From a virus (taxonomy: Duplodnaviria > Caudoviricetes): DNA of 27,362 nucleotides. The stretch lies in the IMG/VR virus record IMGVR_UViG_3300039004_000023, positions 1 to 27,362 of that record. The stretch is one strand, 5' to 3'. The translations under genes were made by a program, and so were the position numbers. How positions within the stretch are numbered: the stretch's first letter is position 1; every line of letters begins with the position of its first letter. Shown here one piece after another: positions 25,281 to 27,362 of this stretch. The notes below the pieces were generated by a model that was given only the letters and a program-made list of their open reading frames with translations, had not been told where the DNA came from and did no database searches.

Positions 25281-25683
25281 CAAGAAACTGTAAAGCCTTA
25301 TCTTTATAGTAATCCATCATTTCTTTGTAATATTTCTTGAATCTATCTAAACCAATTCGCGATATTAACTCATTAAAACACATTTCAAGTGGGTCAAATC
25401 CTATTACTTCTTCATGAAAGCATAGATAGTGTTCAAATACATAATCAGATATATCTGCTATATCAAGTAGCTTACAAAATAAAGGCATGCGCTCGAATAA
25501 CCACACCATATAGTAACAGTCTAATGTATTCTCAACCTTATTCACCAAATCATATAGATCAATGTCATAGCCAGGGATGTAACCTAATTCATCCAATCTC
25601 CTCAATCCTTCTTCGCACGGGGTTGTTGGCAATGTGGTAACCTGAAAAGTATAAAATGTCTCAACTCTCATTACTTTCTCCAA
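25243..25683 (-). CDS. Hypothetical protein
   Basis: 146 aa ('PCEEG' motif); likely start MRVET after GGAG. Confidence 0.6.
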   Translation of the reverse strand: MEKVMRVETFYTFQVTTLPTTPCEEGLRRLDELGYIPGYDIDLYDLVNKVENTLDCYYMVWLFERMPLFCKLLDIADISDYVFEHYLCFHEEVIGFDPLEMCFNELISRIGLDRFKKYYKEMMDYYKDKALQFLATCESEHESLVE

Positions 25684-26989
25684 ACGTATACCTTGGTTTT
25701 AAATCAACTATCCGCTGATATTCACCTTCAAAGGTCATTGTATCTATACCCGTCACACCCTTCCTGGCTTTATCAGTAATCAACTCAATAATGCCCTTAT
25801 TGTTCTGATCATCCTTGTTATATACCTCATCGCGATAACAGAACACTATATTAGAAGCATCCTGTTCTATCTGGCCCGATGCCTTTAAGTCACTCATCAT
25901 TGGGCGTTTGTCCTTCCTTGCCTCGCAATACCGATTTAACTGACTAACAACAACCGCGTGCATCTGTAGTGATTTACATAAGCTTTTGATTTCTTTAGAT
26001 ATATCTCCTAAAGCCTCAACTTCTTTATGGCTTGGATAGCTCATCAACTGTATGTAATCGAGTATTATCAGGTCTATCGGCTTTTTAAAATGCTCCATGC
26101 GAATGATCTGCATAAGAGTATTTAGCTTTAACTTATTAATTTCATATAACGTAATATCGTAATGCTTAGCGTTCTCAGCAAACCCTTGTATATCTGTCCA
26201 TTCGTTATTGTTAATTTTTGTGGTCATAAGGTTTTTAAGCTTGATGCCCGCGTAAGCCGACACAACTCTTTCGGCTAACTCAATATTCATCATCTCAAGA
26301 GTGAACACTAACACCCTATGGCCGGATATAGCTGCATTTGTCGCTATCTGCATAGCTAATACAGTCTTGCCATGGCTTGGCCTACCGCCAATTACTGTAA
26401 TATGCCCCGGATAAAGCTTGGTTAATCTCTTATCTAGCTGACTAATACCCGTAATTAAAGTTGTATCTGGCTCTACCCCTGTTATGCGACCGTCTAGTTC
26501 TTGTATATATCTAACCAAGGCATCGCTAATTTTTTCCCCGTCGTGTTCGCCCGTCTTCCCTTGTATTTGTAATAGCTCACTCTGTAGCGTTTCGATTATT
26601 TCGGTTGGGTCTTTATCGAGAGCTGCAACTGATACTGAGCAATCATCTAATAAGTTATATAGCTTCCTACGGCTCTTGTAACGCTGTAGGAGCCTTATAT
26701 GATCTTTATAGCTAGTTGTGCCTACGTTATTCTCACAAAGCTCTGTGATGTACTGTAAGGCAGACTGCTGGGGAAATAACCCTTGGTCCTGAATCCTATC
26801 CGCAACCGTGATCGGGTCAATTGTTCCTTTTTCTAGGTAAATCTGAATAAGTACCGAGGCTATTTGCTTATGAGATGTCTCATAAAATAGCCCGGTACCT
26901 ATCATTTGTTGATCAAGTAGAGCTGGCTCTAGGATGATAGATGATAAAACGGAGCATTCCGTGTCAAACGAATGGATGTTACTTTCCAT
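25661..26989 (-). CDS. dnaB: Replicative DNA helicase
   Basis: N-terminal DnaB domain, Walker A 'GGRPSHGKT', 'FTLEM', 'LDYIQLM', 'SQLNR', 'SDLK.SG.IEQDA'. Confidence 0.95.
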   Translation of the reverse strand: MESNIHSFDTECSVLSSIILEPALLDQQMIGTGLFYETSHKQIASVLIQIYLEKGTIDPITVADRIQDQGLFPQQSALQYITELCENNVGTTSYKDHIRLLQRYKSRRKLYNLLDDCSVSVAALDKDPTEIIETLQSELLQIQGKTGEHDGEKISDALVRYIQELDGRITGVEPDTTLITGISQLDKRLTKLYPGHITVIGGRPSHGKTVLAMQIATNAAISGHRVLVFTLEMMNIELAERVVSAYAGIKLKNLMTTKINNNEWTDIQGFAENAKHYDITLYEINKLKLNTLMQIIRMEHFKKPIDLIILDYIQLMSYPSHKEVEALGDISKEIKSLCKSLQMHAVVVSQLNRYCEARKDKRPMMSDLKASGQIEQDASNIVFCYRDEVYNKDDQNNKGIIELITDKARKGVTGIDTMTFEGEYQRIVDLKPRYTFGESNES

Positions 26990-27362
26990 AAACTTCCATT
27001 ATTCCTGCGACTACACCTGCAATTAACTTTGAATACATGATTTTACCTTCTTTATTTGCCTTATCACAAAATTCTCCTGACAAGCCAAAAAAACAGCCTG
27101 CCTCAACCCATACATGGCTGCCATCAAATATTAATAATATATCTCTACCCGAGCCATCGACGTTGCTCATACACAAAAAATACTCAATCAGTATAGTCTT
27201 TCCATCAGCAGCATATAAACAGTGGGAGCCTATTTCACAGTGGGGGCCTATTTTGCAGTTGGAGCCTATTTTACAGTGGGAGCCTATTTTACAGTGGGAG
27301 CCTATTTCACAGTGGGGGCCTATTTTGCAGTTGGAGCCTATTTTACAGTGGGAGCCTATTTC
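26979..27362 (-). CDS. Hexapeptide-repeat (left-handed beta-helix) protein, 5'-truncated by window edge
   Basis: Frame of the 65-aa ORF is open to the edge: 8 x [EK]IG[SP][HN]C, then a domain with 'V.AGCF.G...EF'. Confidence 0.8.
   Translation of the reverse strand, partial: EIGSHCKIGSNCKIGPHCEIGSHCKIGSHCKIGSNCKIGPHCEIGSHCLYAADGKTILIEYFLCMSNVDGSGRDILLIFDGSHVWVEAGCFFGLSGEFCDKANKEGKIMYSKLIAGVVAGIMEVYGK
27219..27362. repeat. 18-bp coding tandem repeat x8 (72-bp higher-order unit)
   Basis: Consensus ACAGTGGGAGCCTATTTY; units 1-4 and 5-8 differ at a single base. Confidence 0.95.

Noticed and set aside
10217-26681. Other short overlapping ORFs (10217, 12544, 12819, 14230, 14293, 14562, 15133, 15167, 17908, 18833, 19998, 20080, 21319, 21356, 21718, 24194, 24554, 25389, 26484)
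   Set aside because: They overlap better-supported genes or repeat elements and lack recognisable motifs.
27219-27362. CRISPR-like or iteron array
   Set aside because: Units are contiguous with no spacers, are a multiple of 3, and encode an in-frame hexapeptide repeat.
1-27362. Diversity-generating retroelement, integrase, tRNA, intron or intein
   Set aside because: No reverse transcriptase, recombinase or cloverleaf seen; terL and dnaB are normal length and uninterrupted.

Overview
A 27.4-kb segment of an AT-rich tailed dsDNA phage with a podovirus-type structural module (T7/BPP-1-like head-tail connector, scaffold, capsid, tail adaptor, nozzle, internal virion proteins). No phage RNA polymerase lies in the window. 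Almost all genes are on the minus strand. Reading right to left: a hexapeptide-repeat protein, DnaB helicase, an antisense FmdB-like zinc ribbon, an HNH endonuclease, a LysM/TIGR02594-type endolysin, DHFR and RusA. Next comes a repeat-rich, largely non-coding control region (18.5-19.3 kb) with a small plus-strand island. Then small early-type ORFs, an HNH, YqaJ exonuclease, DUF1367, a Ref-like nuclease, an amber-interrupted HNH, the large terminase, a GNAT, three paralogous '-TL(L/I)(G/S)' proteins, DUF1353, portal and the virion genes. The most interesting unannotated signals are three. (i) A two-hairpin RNA carrying the same internal loop in opposite orientations, in the capsid leader. (ii) A self-contained antisense sRNA unit (promoter, hairpins, anti-SD tract, terminator) in front of the portal gene. 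(iii) A GNAT plus triple-paralog cassette. Family assignments come from motif recognition by eye, not from database searches.
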